From the sequence record DRR723986_15922: a stretch of DNA of 48,003 nucleotides; one strand, written 5' to 3'. Below are positions 39,479-48,003 of this stretch, piece by piece (positions within the stretch are counted from its first letter, which is position 1; each line of letters opens with the position of its first letter). A program made the position numbers and the translations under genes. The notes below the pieces were generated by a model, which was given only the letters and a program-made list of their open reading frames with translations, ran no database searches and was not told the origin of the DNA.

Positions 39479-39501
39479 AGCCCGCAAATGCGGGCTTTTT
39501 T
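39479..39501 (+). terminator. Intrinsic terminator after guaA
   Basis: agcccgca-aa-tgcgggct followed by T-tract. Confidence 0.85.
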
Positions 39502-39629
39502 CCATTCAGGGGGTGAGGTTTGCCCTAATTCCCGAATGAAAACACACATGCCACCATCGTTGACAATATTTAACCATCGGCGCAGCCCGGCACCGGTTGG
39601 CACAACGACAATGACAACATGGAGAACCC

Positions 39630-40400
39630 ATGGCAGAAGTAGTGTTGGAGACAAGGGCGCTGACCAAGGAATTCAAAGGATTCACTGCGGTCAGCGATGT
39701 GAATTTAAAGGTACAGCGGGGACACATACACGCGCTAATCGGCCCCAACGGTGCGGGTAAAACGACCTGCTTCAATTTGTTGACTAAATTTTTAACGCCC
39801 ACTTCGGGCCAAATTCTGTTCAACGGCAAAGACATCACCAGTGCAAAGCCAGCCCAAATCGCCAGGCAAGGCATTATTCGGTCGTTTCAAATTTCCGCAG
39901 TATTCCCACACCTCACTGTGCTTGAAAATGTACGTATTGGCCTGCAGCGTCCATTGGGTAATTCGTTTCATTTCTGGAAAAGTGAGAAAAAACTCTCGGT
40001 GCTCAATGACAAGGCCATGGCTTTGCTCGCGCTGGTTGACCTGGAAAGCTTCGCAGACACTCTGACCGTGGACCTGCCGTACGGTAGAAAACGTGCGCTT
40101 GAAATTGCAACCACATTGGGCATGGAACCTGAATTGATGCTGCTGGATGAACCCACCCAGGGCATGGGCCACGAGGATGTGGACCGCGTAACCCAATTGA
40201 TCAAGAAAGTATCCGTCGGCAGAACCATATTGATGGTTGAACACAATATGAATGTGGTGGCGGGTATTAGCGATCGCATCTCCGTGCTTCAACGCGGTGC
40301 AGTGCTGGCTGAAGGCAGTTATGCCGAGGTTTCACGTAACCCCGAGGTGATGGAGGCCTACATGGGCTCAAGCACCGGCGTACTTGAGGGTGCGCACTGA
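39630..40400 (+). CDS. Liv-type ABC transporter ATP-binding protein (LivG-like)
   Basis: GPNGAGKTT, RSFQ, LPYGRKRALE, LLDEP, VEH. Confidence 0.92.
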   Translation: MAEVVLETRALTKEFKGFTAVSDVNLKVQRGHIHALIGPNGAGKTTCFNLLTKFLTPTSGQILFNGKDITSAKPAQIARQGIIRSFQISAVFPHLTVLENVRIGLQRPLGNSFHFWKSEKKLSVLNDKAMALLALVDLESFADTLTVDLPYGRKRALEIATTLGMEPELMLLDEPTQGMGHEDVDRVTQLIKKVSVGRTILMVEHNMNVVAGISDRISVLQRGAVLAEGSYAEVSRNPEVMEAYMGSSTGVLEGAH

Positions 40401-41122
40401 TGAATAAAGTATCGACGGGCACTGCGCTTGAAATCGCCGGGCTTAACGCTTGGTATGGCGAATCACACATTTTGCACAACCTGAACCTGACCGTTAAAAC
40501 CGGGGAGGTGGTCACACTGCTTGGGCGAAATGGAGCAGGGCGCACCAGTACCCTGCGCGCAATCATGGGATTGACAGGTTCACGGAAAGGATCGATCAAG
40601 ATCAACGGCACCGAGGCAATCAATATGCCCACCCACAAAATTGCCCACTTGGGTGTAGGTTACTGCCCGGAAGAACGTGGCATATTTTCCTCGCTGTCTG
40701 CAGAAGAGAACCTGATGCTCCCCCCCTATGTTTCAAAAACCGACCGGGGTATGAGTGTTGCAGAAATATATGAGATGTTCCCCAACCTGGCCGAACGCAA
40801 GAAAAGCCAGGGCACGCGTTTGTCTGGCGGTGAACAGCAAATGCTGGCCGTCGCACGCATTCTGAGAACTGGCGCCAAACTCTTGCTGCTGGATGAAATT
40901 TCTGAGGGGCTTGCACCGGTGATTGTTCAAGCTCTGGCCAAAATGATCACCACCCTGAAATCGAAGGGTTACACCATTGTGATGGTAGAACAGAATTTTC
41001 GTTTTGCAGCCCCCCTGGCTGACCGGTTTTACGTGGTGGAACACGGCCAAATTGTGGAGGCTTTTTCTTCCTCGGAACTCGATGAAAAAATGCCCGTTCT
41101 GCATTCGCTGCTGGGCGTATAA
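40400..41122 (+). CDS. Liv-type ABC transporter ATP-binding protein (LivF-like)
   Basis: GRNGAGRTS, LSGGEQQMLA, LLDEISEGLAP, VEQN. Confidence 0.92.
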   Translation: MNKVSTGTALEIAGLNAWYGESHILHNLNLTVKTGEVVTLLGRNGAGRTSTLRAIMGLTGSRKGSIKINGTEAINMPTHKIAHLGVGYCPEERGIFSSLSAEENLMLPPYVSKTDRGMSVAEIYEMFPNLAERKKSQGTRLSGGEQQMLAVARILRTGAKLLLLDEISEGLAPVIVQALAKMITTLKSKGYTIVMVEQNFRFAAPLADRFYVVEHGQIVEAFSSSELDEKMPVLHSLLGV

Positions 41123-41161
41123 AAACCAACCTTTCAAGGGATTGGACTTAAACCAAAGGAG

Positions 41162-42373
41162 ATGATGATGAAATTAAAACCAATCGCAACCGGACTGGCC
41201 ACGCTTTTTGCATTCGCTGTCGGCTCAGCTCAGGCACAAATTTCCAATGACACGATCAAGATTGGAATCATCACTGACATGTCTGGCCTATATGCCGACA
41301 TTGATGGGCCTGGTGGTGTAGAAGCCGTGAAAATGGCGATTGCCGACTTCGGTGGCACATTGAATGGCAAAAAAATTGAGTTGGTGTTTGCTGACCACCA
41401 AAACAAAGCCGATATTGCAGCCAGCAAGGCACGCGAGTGGTTTGACACTGAAGGTGTCGACATGCTGATTTCAGGTACCAACTCCGGAACGGCTTTGGCA
41501 ATGGCCAAAGTAGCGGATGAAAAGAAAAAGCCCAACTTTGTAATTGGTGCTGGTACCGCCCGCATCACCAATGAAGAATGCAACCCATACAGCATCCACT
41601 ACGCCTATGACACAGTAGCGATGGCCAAAGGCACCGGCTCGGCAGTGGTCAAACAAGGCGGAAAAAGCTGGTATTTCCTGACCGCGGACTATGCTTTTGG
41701 CACCTCGCTGGAAACCGACACCACCGCAGTCGTTAAGGCCAACGGTGGCACGGTGAAAGGGGCTATCCGCCATCCACTGTCAGCGTCGGATTTCTCCAGC
41801 TTCATGCTTCAGGCACAGGCGTCCGGCGCTCAAATTCTGGGCTTGGCCAATGCTGGCGGAGATACAGTCAACTCCATCAAGGCCGCCAATGAATTTGGTG
41901 TCACAGGCAGCATGAAGCTCGCCGGTTTGCTGATGTTCATTAACGACGTGCATGCCTTGGGCTTGGGACAAACCAAGGGGATGTATCTCACCGACAGCTG
42001 GTATTGGGATCAAAACGACGAAACCCGCAAGTGGTCCAAGCGCTTCTTCGACAAAATGAAAAAAATGCCCAGTAGCTTGCAAGCGGCCGATTACTCTGCG
42101 ACTTTGCAATATTTGAATGCAGTGAAAACAGCAGGTACGGATGATGGCGCCAAAGTAATGGAAACGCTGCGCAAGCAAAAGGTGAACGACATGTATGCCA
42201 AGAACGGATACTACCGTGCCGATGGCAGCATGATTCACGACATGTTCCTGATGCAGGTAAAAGACCCCAAGGAATCCAAAAAGCCGTGGGACTATCTGAA
42301 GGTTGTTCAAGCCATTCCAGGCGAACAGGCGTTTACCACCAAAGCTGAGACCAAGTGTGCGTTGTGGAAGTGA
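41162..42373 (+). CDS. Liv-type ABC transporter periplasmic substrate-binding protein
   Basis: Signal peptide (AQA), DMSGLYAD, ADHQNKAD, TADYAFG, ANAGGD, WYWD. Confidence 0.92.
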   Translation: MMMKLKPIATGLATLFAFAVGSAQAQISNDTIKIGIITDMSGLYADIDGPGGVEAVKMAIADFGGTLNGKKIELVFADHQNKADIAASKAREWFDTEGVDMLISGTNSGTALAMAKVADEKKKPNFVIGAGTARITNEECNPYSIHYAYDTVAMAKGTGSAVVKQGGKSWYFLTADYAFGTSLETDTTAVVKANGGTVKGAIRHPLSASDFSSFMLQAQASGAQILGLANAGGDTVNSIKAANEFGVTGSMKLAGLLMFINDVHALGLGQTKGMYLTDSWYWDQNDETRKWSKRFFDKMKKMPSSLQAADYSATLQYLNAVKTAGTDDGAKVMETLRKQKVNDMYAKNGYYRADGSMIHDMFLMQVKDPKESKKPWDYLKVVQAIPGEQAFTTKAETKCALWK

Positions 42374-42399
42374 TGCATTAAAACCAACACAATACCAAT

Positions 42400-42426
42400 G
42401 CCCCTGAGGTTTAACGACCCAGGGGC
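42400..42426 (+). promoter_or_regulatory. Intercistronic hairpin after the SBP gene (mRNA stabiliser or partial terminator)
   Basis: gcccctg-a-ggt-ttaacg-acc-caggggc followed by ttt. Confidence 0.55.
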
Positions 42427-42444
42427 TTTGCGGGACACGTACTC

Positions 42445-43329
42445 ATGGAAATTTTTGGAATTCCCTTGCAGGCCTTTCTTGGGCAGTTACTGCTTGGTTT
42501 GGTGAATGGCTCGTTTTATGCCATGTTGTCACTCGGTCTTGCTGTTATTTTTGGCTTGCTCAACGTGATCAATTTTGCCCACGGCGCGCTGTACATGATG
42601 GGTGCATTTTTCGCCTGGATGGGCATGGCCTATTTCAACCTGAATTATTGGGTGATGTTGTTGCTTGCGCCGCTTCTGGTGGGCGCCTTCGGGATACTGA
42701 TTGAAAAAACAATGTTGCGCTGGCTTTACAAGCTTGACCACTTGTATGGCTTGTTGCTGACCTTCGGCATTACCTTAATGCTGGAAGGAATATTCCGCTC
42801 GATTTATGGTGTATCCGGTCAACCCTATTCAGTGCCAGAGGCCTTGCAGGGTGCGACCAACCTAGGCTTCATGATTTTGCCGAACTATCGCGCCTGGGTC
42901 GTGGTGGCCTCGCTGGTAGTTTGTTTTGCCACGTGGATCATGATTGAAAAAACAAAACTTGGAGCCTTGCTTCGCGCCGGTACTGAGAATCCGCGACTGG
43001 TGGAGGCCTTCGGTATCAATGTGCCCTTGATGGTGACGCTGACCTACGGCTTTGGTGTGGCACTGGCCGCATTCGCGGGCGTGCTGGCTGCGCCAGTCAT
43101 TCAGATCTCGCCGTTGATGGGCTCCAACCTCATCATCACCGTGTTTGCGGTTGTGGTGATTGGTGGAATGGGGTCTATTCTGGGTTCAATCATTACCGGG
43201 CTCACCTTGGGCATTGTGGAAGGATTGACCCGTGTGTTTTATCCGGAATTGTCAGCCACAGTAGTGTTCATCATCATGGCGATTGTGCTCATGATTCGCC
43301 CGGCCGGTCTGTTCGGTCGCGAGAAATAA
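42445..43329 (+). CDS. Liv-type ABC transporter permease (LivH-like)
   Basis: GL.VIFGLLNVINFAHG, LRAGTEN, FAVVVIGGMGS, RPAGLFG. Confidence 0.92.
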   Translation: MEIFGIPLQAFLGQLLLGLVNGSFYAMLSLGLAVIFGLLNVINFAHGALYMMGAFFAWMGMAYFNLNYWVMLLLAPLLVGAFGILIEKTMLRWLYKLDHLYGLLLTFGITLMLEGIFRSIYGVSGQPYSVPEALQGATNLGFMILPNYRAWVVVASLVVCFATWIMIEKTKLGALLRAGTENPRLVEAFGINVPLMVTLTYGFGVALAAFAGVLAAPVIQISPLMGSNLIITVFAVVVIGGMGSILGSIITGLTLGIVEGLTRVFYPELSATVVFIIMAIVLMIRPAGLFGREK

Positions 43330-43339
43330 AGGGTTTGAC

Positions 43340-44326
43340 ATGATGAACAAAAATACAATTATCTCGATTGCTGCAATTATTCTCGCCCTAGCGGCGCCGT
43401 TCTTTATGTACCCGGTGCTGCTCATGAAACTGCTGTGTTTCGCGCTGTTTGCGTGTGCATTCAACTTGTTGATTGGCTACACCGGTTTACTTTCCTTCGG
43501 TCATGCAGCCTTCCTGGGTGGTGCAGGCTACATCGCGGGCTATGTCATTCGAGACCTTGGGATGCCGTTTGAGCTTGGCCTGTTGGCAGGTGTAGCATTC
43601 GCAGCGCTCATTGGTTTAGTCATGGGTGCTCTGGCCATTCGGCGGCAAGGCATTTACTTCACCATGATTACACTGGCCTTGGCACAAATGCTGTATTTCA
43701 TTTTTTTACAGGCGCCATTTACTGGCGGTGAAGATGGTTTACAAGGCATACCGCGCGGCACCTTGTTTGGTGTTGTCGACCTCAGCAACGACTTGACACT
43801 TTACTTCGTCGTACTGGCCATTTGCATCGCAGGCTACGCCCTGATTGTTCGCACTGTGCATTCTCCATTCGGGCAGGTTCTCAAGGCCATCAAGGAAAAT
43901 GAACCACGCGCCATATCACTGGGTTATGACGTGGACAAATACAAGTTGCTGGTGTTTGTTCTGTCAGCGGCGTTGTCGGGTTTGGCCGGTGCAACCAAAG
44001 CTTCGGTGCTTGGCTTTGAAACATTGACGGATGTGCACTGGACGATGTCTGGCCTGGTGGTGCTAATGACCTTGGTGGGCGGCCTGGGCACTCTCGCGGG
44101 CCCCATTGTGGGTGCGATTGTGATCATCGCCCTGGAAAATCGAATTGGTGAATTTGGCACCTGGATGGCAGTGACCACCGACATTGCCTGGTTCCGCTCA
44201 TTGGGGGAACAGGTCACGATCGTGACTGGTTTCATTTTCATTGTGGTGGTGCTGGCCTTCCGGCGTGGAATTGTTGGAGAAATTCTTGCATGGAACCAAC
44301 GCAGGCTGCTCAAAGCAGGTCAGTAA
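43340..44326 (+). CDS. Liv-type ABC transporter permease (LivM-like)
   Basis: NLLIGYTGLLSFGHAAF, GIYFTMITLA, TGGEDG, AIKENE.RA.SLGY, GG.GT..GP. Confidence 0.92.
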   Translation: MMNKNTIISIAAIILALAAPFFMYPVLLMKLLCFALFACAFNLLIGYTGLLSFGHAAFLGGAGYIAGYVIRDLGMPFELGLLAGVAFAALIGLVMGALAIRRQGIYFTMITLALAQMLYFIFLQAPFTGGEDGLQGIPRGTLFGVVDLSNDLTLYFVVLAICIAGYALIVRTVHSPFGQVLKAIKENEPRAISLGYDVDKYKLLVFVLSAALSGLAGATKASVLGFETLTDVHWTMSGLVVLMTLVGGLGTLAGPIVGAIVIIALENRIGEFGTWMAVTTDIAWFRSLGEQVTIVTGFIFIVVVLAFRRGIVGEILAWNQRRLLKAGQ

Positions 44327-44349
44327 ACTGAAGCTGCCCACTGACCAAG

Positions 44350-44375
44350 AACCCGGCCTGGTGCCGGGTTTTTTT
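44350..44375 (+). terminator. Intrinsic terminator after the ABC operon
   Basis: aacccggc-ctggt-gccgggtt followed by T5. Confidence 0.87.
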
Positions 44376-44417
44376 ATGTCAAACTGAGAACACTTTATTC
44401 GGCTTACTTTGAAAACA

Positions 44418-45188
44418 ATGCAAACCCGCAAGCTGTCCGACAAATTTTCGATACTGGCCCACCAAGGCCAGCCAGAGGACACGCCATGGATGGAACTTGC
44501 ATTGCAGCAGGCGAGGCTTGCCGCACAGGCTGGCGAAGTACCGATTGGCGCAGTTGTGGTAATCGATGGCAAAGCCGTTGCCAGGGCACACAACGCACCA
44601 GTTTCATTGAACGATGCCTGCGCACACGCTGAAATTCAGGCCATTCGCCAAGCCTGTCAGGCGGTTGGCAATTACCGCCTGGGTGCACAAGCCACCCTAT
44701 ACGTCACACTACAACCCTGCCTCATGTGCATTGGTGCAATTTTGCATGCGCGGCTGGGTCGCGTGGTGGTGGGTTGTGCACAGTCACGCTACAACGGGGA
44801 TTTGAAACAGTCCTTGTCAGTGTTCGAGCAAGCGCAAGCCTGGCACCCCTGTGTTTTTGAAACTGATTGTATGGGACAGGAAAGTGAAGAATTGCTGGGC
44901 AATTTTTTCAAAGCGCGCCGCAAGCAGCGAGAAGAAACTGTTGCTGAATTGGGCAGTCTGATGCACCTGCCCAATGCCAACAAACAAACAATTGACGTAC
45001 TTGCGCAACTTGGCTTTCACACTCCGCATGATTTTTTACAGACAGGACTGCAGCAAGCCAGTGAAAGATTGGCTGAACATAGCCGCGTGTTGAAAGCAGG
45101 GCAGCACACCCAGCAGGCCGCCATTCTGGCCAGTTTGTGCGATTATTTCAACGGAGAACCCGTGCGTTCGTGGAAACAGTATCTGTAA
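44418..45188 (+). CDS. tadA: tRNA adenosine(34) deaminase TadA-like protein with C-terminal HhH (Cdd1/TfoX_C-like) extension
   Basis: GEVPIGAV, HAE, NYRL, TLYVTLQPCLMC, NFFKARR, then about 80 extra residues; adjacent to ldcA; start uncertain (44409 TTG, 44418 ATG or 44490 ATG). Confidence 0.85.
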   Translation: MQTRKLSDKFSILAHQGQPEDTPWMELALQQARLAAQAGEVPIGAVVVIDGKAVARAHNAPVSLNDACAHAEIQAIRQACQAVGNYRLGAQATLYVTLQPCLMCIGAILHARLGRVVVGCAQSRYNGDLKQSLSVFEQAQAWHPCVFETDCMGQESEELLGNFFKARRKQREETVAELGSLMHLPNANKQTIDVLAQLGFHTPHDFLQTGLQQASERLAEHSRVLKAGQHTQQAAILASLCDYFNGEPVRSWKQYL

Positions 45189-45213
45189 GCTTACTTTTTA
45201 AACCGGAATTGAA

Positions 45214-46194
45214 TTGAACAGCAAACCGCCCATCTCGACAAACCAGGCCCTGAACCAGCTGGTCATGTTTTCGCCCAGTGGCGCGCTGGTTGATGAAACC
45301 TTGCTCGACCGGGCCTGCAACCATTTGAGCAGTCAACATGGGTTCAATGTGATTGAAATGCCTGAATCACGCCGGCGCACACAGCGCTTTGCAGGTGACG
45401 ATGCCACGCGTATGGCCAGCATTGAAAATGCATTTGCCATGAATACCCCCAGCCTGCTGATGGCCACCCGAGGGGGTTACGGCTTAAGCCGATTGATGCC
45501 ACTGTTGAATTTTCCGGAACTTGCTGCATTGCTGAATGCAAATGCGCATGTGTTGTGCGGCCACAGCGACATTACGAGCCTGCAATTGGCGTTGCTGAAA
45601 GTTGGCGCACAACCTGCCACCTTGTTGCACGGGCCCATGGCTTGCTTCGATTTTGGAGCAGAGCAGGGTGCCGACCCACTCACGCTTGAACACTTTTTGC
45701 GTGCCGTAGAAAAACAGGCAGTACATATTGAATGGCCTGCTGAATGCATCGGACTGAGCGCAGAACAACAAAGCAGTGCAATTGAAGGTCCGGTATGGGG
45801 TGGCAACCTCACCTTGCTGTGCAGTCTTTTGGGAACCCCTTGGTTACCCAGTGTGTCTGGCGGCATCTTGGTGCTTGAAGATGTGAACGAGCCAACCTAC
45901 AAAATTGAGCGCATGCTGCTTCAGTTGCTGCACGCCGGCGTGTTGACCCAACAAAAGGCCATTGTGTTGGGTAATTTTTGTGAACCCAAACCTGGCGCAC
46001 ACGACAATGGCTACAACTTGCACAGCGCCGCTGAATTTGTTCAAAGCCAACTGACACATGTACCCGTATTGTTGAATTTTCCATTTGGTCACTGCACCCC
46101 CAAGGCTTGCTGGTTTCAGGGCGGGCAGGGCACCTTGACCATGACTGGCGGGCACAAGGAATTCAACGCACGCCTGGTTCAAACCGTTCGCTAG
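45214..46194 (+). CDS. ldcA: LD-carboxypeptidase (peptidase S66)
   Basis: RFAGDD..R, ATRGGYG, GHSDIT (Ser), GGNL, LEDVNE (Glu), FGH (His); TTG start. Confidence 0.9.
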   Translation: MNSKPPISTNQALNQLVMFSPSGALVDETLLDRACNHLSSQHGFNVIEMPESRRRTQRFAGDDATRMASIENAFAMNTPSLLMATRGGYGLSRLMPLLNFPELAALLNANAHVLCGHSDITSLQLALLKVGAQPATLLHGPMACFDFGAEQGADPLTLEHFLRAVEKQAVHIEWPAECIGLSAEQQSSAIEGPVWGGNLTLLCSLLGTPWLPSVSGGILVLEDVNEPTYKIERMLLQLLHAGVLTQQKAIVLGNFCEPKPGAHDNGYNLHSAAEFVQSQLTHVPVLLNFPFGHCTPKACWFQGGQGTLTMTGGHKEFNARLVQTVR

Positions 46195-46284
46195 TCGCAA
46201 CCTCCGAGCCCACATTCAACGCACTCAAAGCCCGGGCATGTATAATGCCCCCTTCGTTAAAAATCACTGAATTTTCCAATACTT

Positions 46285-47883
46285 ATGCTCACCGCAGCCA
46301 ATATCACCATGCAGTTCGGCGCCAAGCCGCTTTTTGAAAATATCAATGCCAAATTTGGCGATGGCAACCGCTATGGTTTGATTGGCGCAAACGGCTGCGG
46401 CAAATCCACTTTCATGAAAATTCTGGGTGGCGACCTGGAGCCCAGCAGCGGCACTGTAGTGATCGAGCCCAATGTGCGGCTGGGAAAGTTAAGCCAGGAT
46501 CAATTTGCGTTTGAAGAACACCGCGTGCTGGATGTGGTCATGATGGGCCACAAGGAAATGTGGGCTGCAATGACGGAACGCGATGCCTTGTATGCGAACC
46601 CCGAAGCCACCGACGACGACTACATGCGCGCAGCTGACCTTGAAGCGGTGTATGCCGAATTCGGCGGCTACGAAGCCGAGGCCCGGGCAGGTGAGTTGCT
46701 GCTGGGTGCGGGTATTCCGCTTGAAAACCACAATGGCCCAATGAGTGAAATTGCCCCAGGCTGGAAGCTGCGGGTGCTTCTGGCACAAGCCCTGTTCTCG
46801 AAACCTGATGTGCTGTTGCTGGATGAACCCACCAACAACCTGGATATCAATACGATTGCCTGGCTGGAAAACGTACTAAACCAGTATGAGAGCACCATGA
46901 TCATCATCAGCCACGACCGCCACTTTCTCAATGAAGTGTGCACCCACATGGCTGATCTGGATTACGGTACATTGCAAGTAGTACCCGGTAATTACGACGA
47001 TTACATGCTGGCTGCTGCCCAGGCACGCGAACGAGCACAAGCATCCAATGCGCGTGCCAAAGAACGTATTTCCGATCTGCAAGACTTTGTACGCCGTTTT
47101 GCAGCCAACAAATCGAAGGCGCGTCAGGCGACATCACGTCAAAAGCAGATCGAGAAAATCAAACAGGAAACAGTGGTGCTTAAGCCATCGTCACGTCAAA
47201 ACCCCTTCATTCGCTTTGAACAAAAAAAGAAGATGCATCGTTTGGCTGTTGAACTCGACAACGTCAGTTTGGCTTACGGCGATAACAAAGTGATTCGCGA
47301 TTTTTCCATCATGGTGGAAGCTGGCGACAAAGTGGGTATCGTGGGTGCCAACGGCATGGGTAAAACCACACTACTGAAGCTGCTGGCCAAGGCTTTGGAG
47401 CCAACTTATGGTGAAGTAAAGTGGTCAGAGAATGCAGACCTGGGTTACATGGCACAAGACGTAAGCGATGAATTCAATGTGCCTTTGAATTTGCGTGAAT
47501 GGACCGAGCGCTTTGCCCAGGACGGCGACGACGATCAAGCCATTCGCGGCATTCTGGGGCGCTTGCTGTTCTCGAATGACGAAATTTCCAAGCAGGTGAA
47601 AGTGTGTTCAGGTGGTGAGAAAAACCGACTGGTGTTTGGTCGCCTGATGCTGGGGCGTCACAATGTGTTGCTGCTGGACGAGCCTACGAACCACCTGGAC
47701 ATGGAGTCGATCGAGTCGCTTCAATATGCACTGGAGAAATACGAAGGCACAGTGTTTGTGGTGTCACATGACCGCCAGTTTGTTTCTGGCATTGCCACGA
47801 GAATTTTTGAAATGCGTGAAGACGGCATTACCGATTACCGCGGTACCTACGAAGAATACCGGGAGAGTTTGGGGCTGAATTGA
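46285..47883 (+). CDS. ybiT: ABC-F family ATPase (YbiT-like)
   Basis: Two ABC domains without [32 protein letters not shown], linker [35 protein letters not shown]. Confidence 0.88.
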   Translation: MLTAANITMQFGAKPLFENINAKFGDGNRYGLIGANGCGKSTFMKILGGDLEPSSGTVVIEPNVRLGKLSQDQFAFEEHRVLDVVMMGHKEMWAAMTERDALYANPEATDDDYMRAADLEAVYAEFGGYEAEARAGELLLGAGIPLENHNGPMSEIAPGWKLRVLLAQALFSKPDVLLLDEPTNNLDINTIAWLENVLNQYESTMIIISHDRHFLNEVCTHMADLDYGTLQVVPGNYDDYMLAAAQARERAQASNARAKERISDLQDFVRRFAANKSKARQATSRQKQIEKIKQETVVLKPSSRQNPFIRFEQKKKMHRLAVELDNVSLAYGDNKVIRDFSIMVEAGDKVGIVGANGMGKTTLLKLLAKALEPTYGEVKWSENADLGYMAQDVSDEFNVPLNLREWTERFAQDGDDDQAIRGILGRLLFSNDEISKQVKVCSGGEKNRLVFGRLMLGRHNVLLLDEPTNHLDMESIESLQYALEKYEGTVFVVSHDRQFVSGIATRIFEMREDGITDYRGTYEEYRESLGLN

Positions 47884-48003
47884 CAAAGGATTGCCACTAG
47901 TGCTGCGGACTTGATGGGGACGCAAAAGGCATTGCCCGTCTGCCTTGATCAAGTCGAATTCCCCTGTTTGCTACTGGCTCAGGGCATGCGAAACGCGAGC
48001 GCG

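Noticed and set aside
39560-39612. TTGACA at 39560 and TGGCAC near 39598 as sigma70 or sigma54 promoters of the ABC operon
   Set aside because: Neither has a correctly spaced partner element (-10 box or TTGC)
38830-39654. 274-aa minus-strand ORF over the guaA 3' end and intergenic region
   Set aside because: Antisense shadow crossing a clear terminator; no protein-like motifs
44418-45188. Idea that the divergent TadA supplies MTI for the MTI phosphorylase
   Set aside because: Known MTA deaminases are amidohydrolase-fold enzymes; the genes are about 36 kb apart with no supporting evidence
47884-48003. Possible partial gene at the right edge
   Set aside because: Too short to assign frame or function

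Overview
Conserved core-genome segment of a Betaproteobacterium (Burkholderiales-type gene order, roughly 50% GC; Limnobacter-like is my inference only). Order: smc (5'-truncated)-zipA-ligA-galU-mtnP >< glnD-map <> rpsB-tsf-pyrH-frr-uppS-cdsA-dxr-rseP-bamA-skp-lpxD-fabZ-lpxA-lpxB-rnhB-trmH family-photolyase/cryptochrome >< ppsR <> ppsA-nfeD-SPFH >< smpB <> ratA-ratB-guaB-GAF/degenerate GGDEF-guaA-Liv-type ABC operon-tadA fusion-ldcA-ABC-F. I saw no mobile elements, CRISPR arrays, tRNA or rRNA genes. Two observations stand out. (1) A photolyase-family gene preceded by a perfect CTGT-N8-ACAG LexA box and ending in a beta-clamp-like QQSLF motif, which suggests an SOS-induced, clamp-tethered photolyase; RNase HII and LigA carry similar terminal motifs. 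(2) A TadA deaminase with Gln at the E. coli D108-equivalent position and a remodelled tRNA-binding loop, fused to a C-terminal Cdd1/TfoX_C-like helix-hairpin-helix domain. All family assignments come from motif recognition by eye, not database searches.
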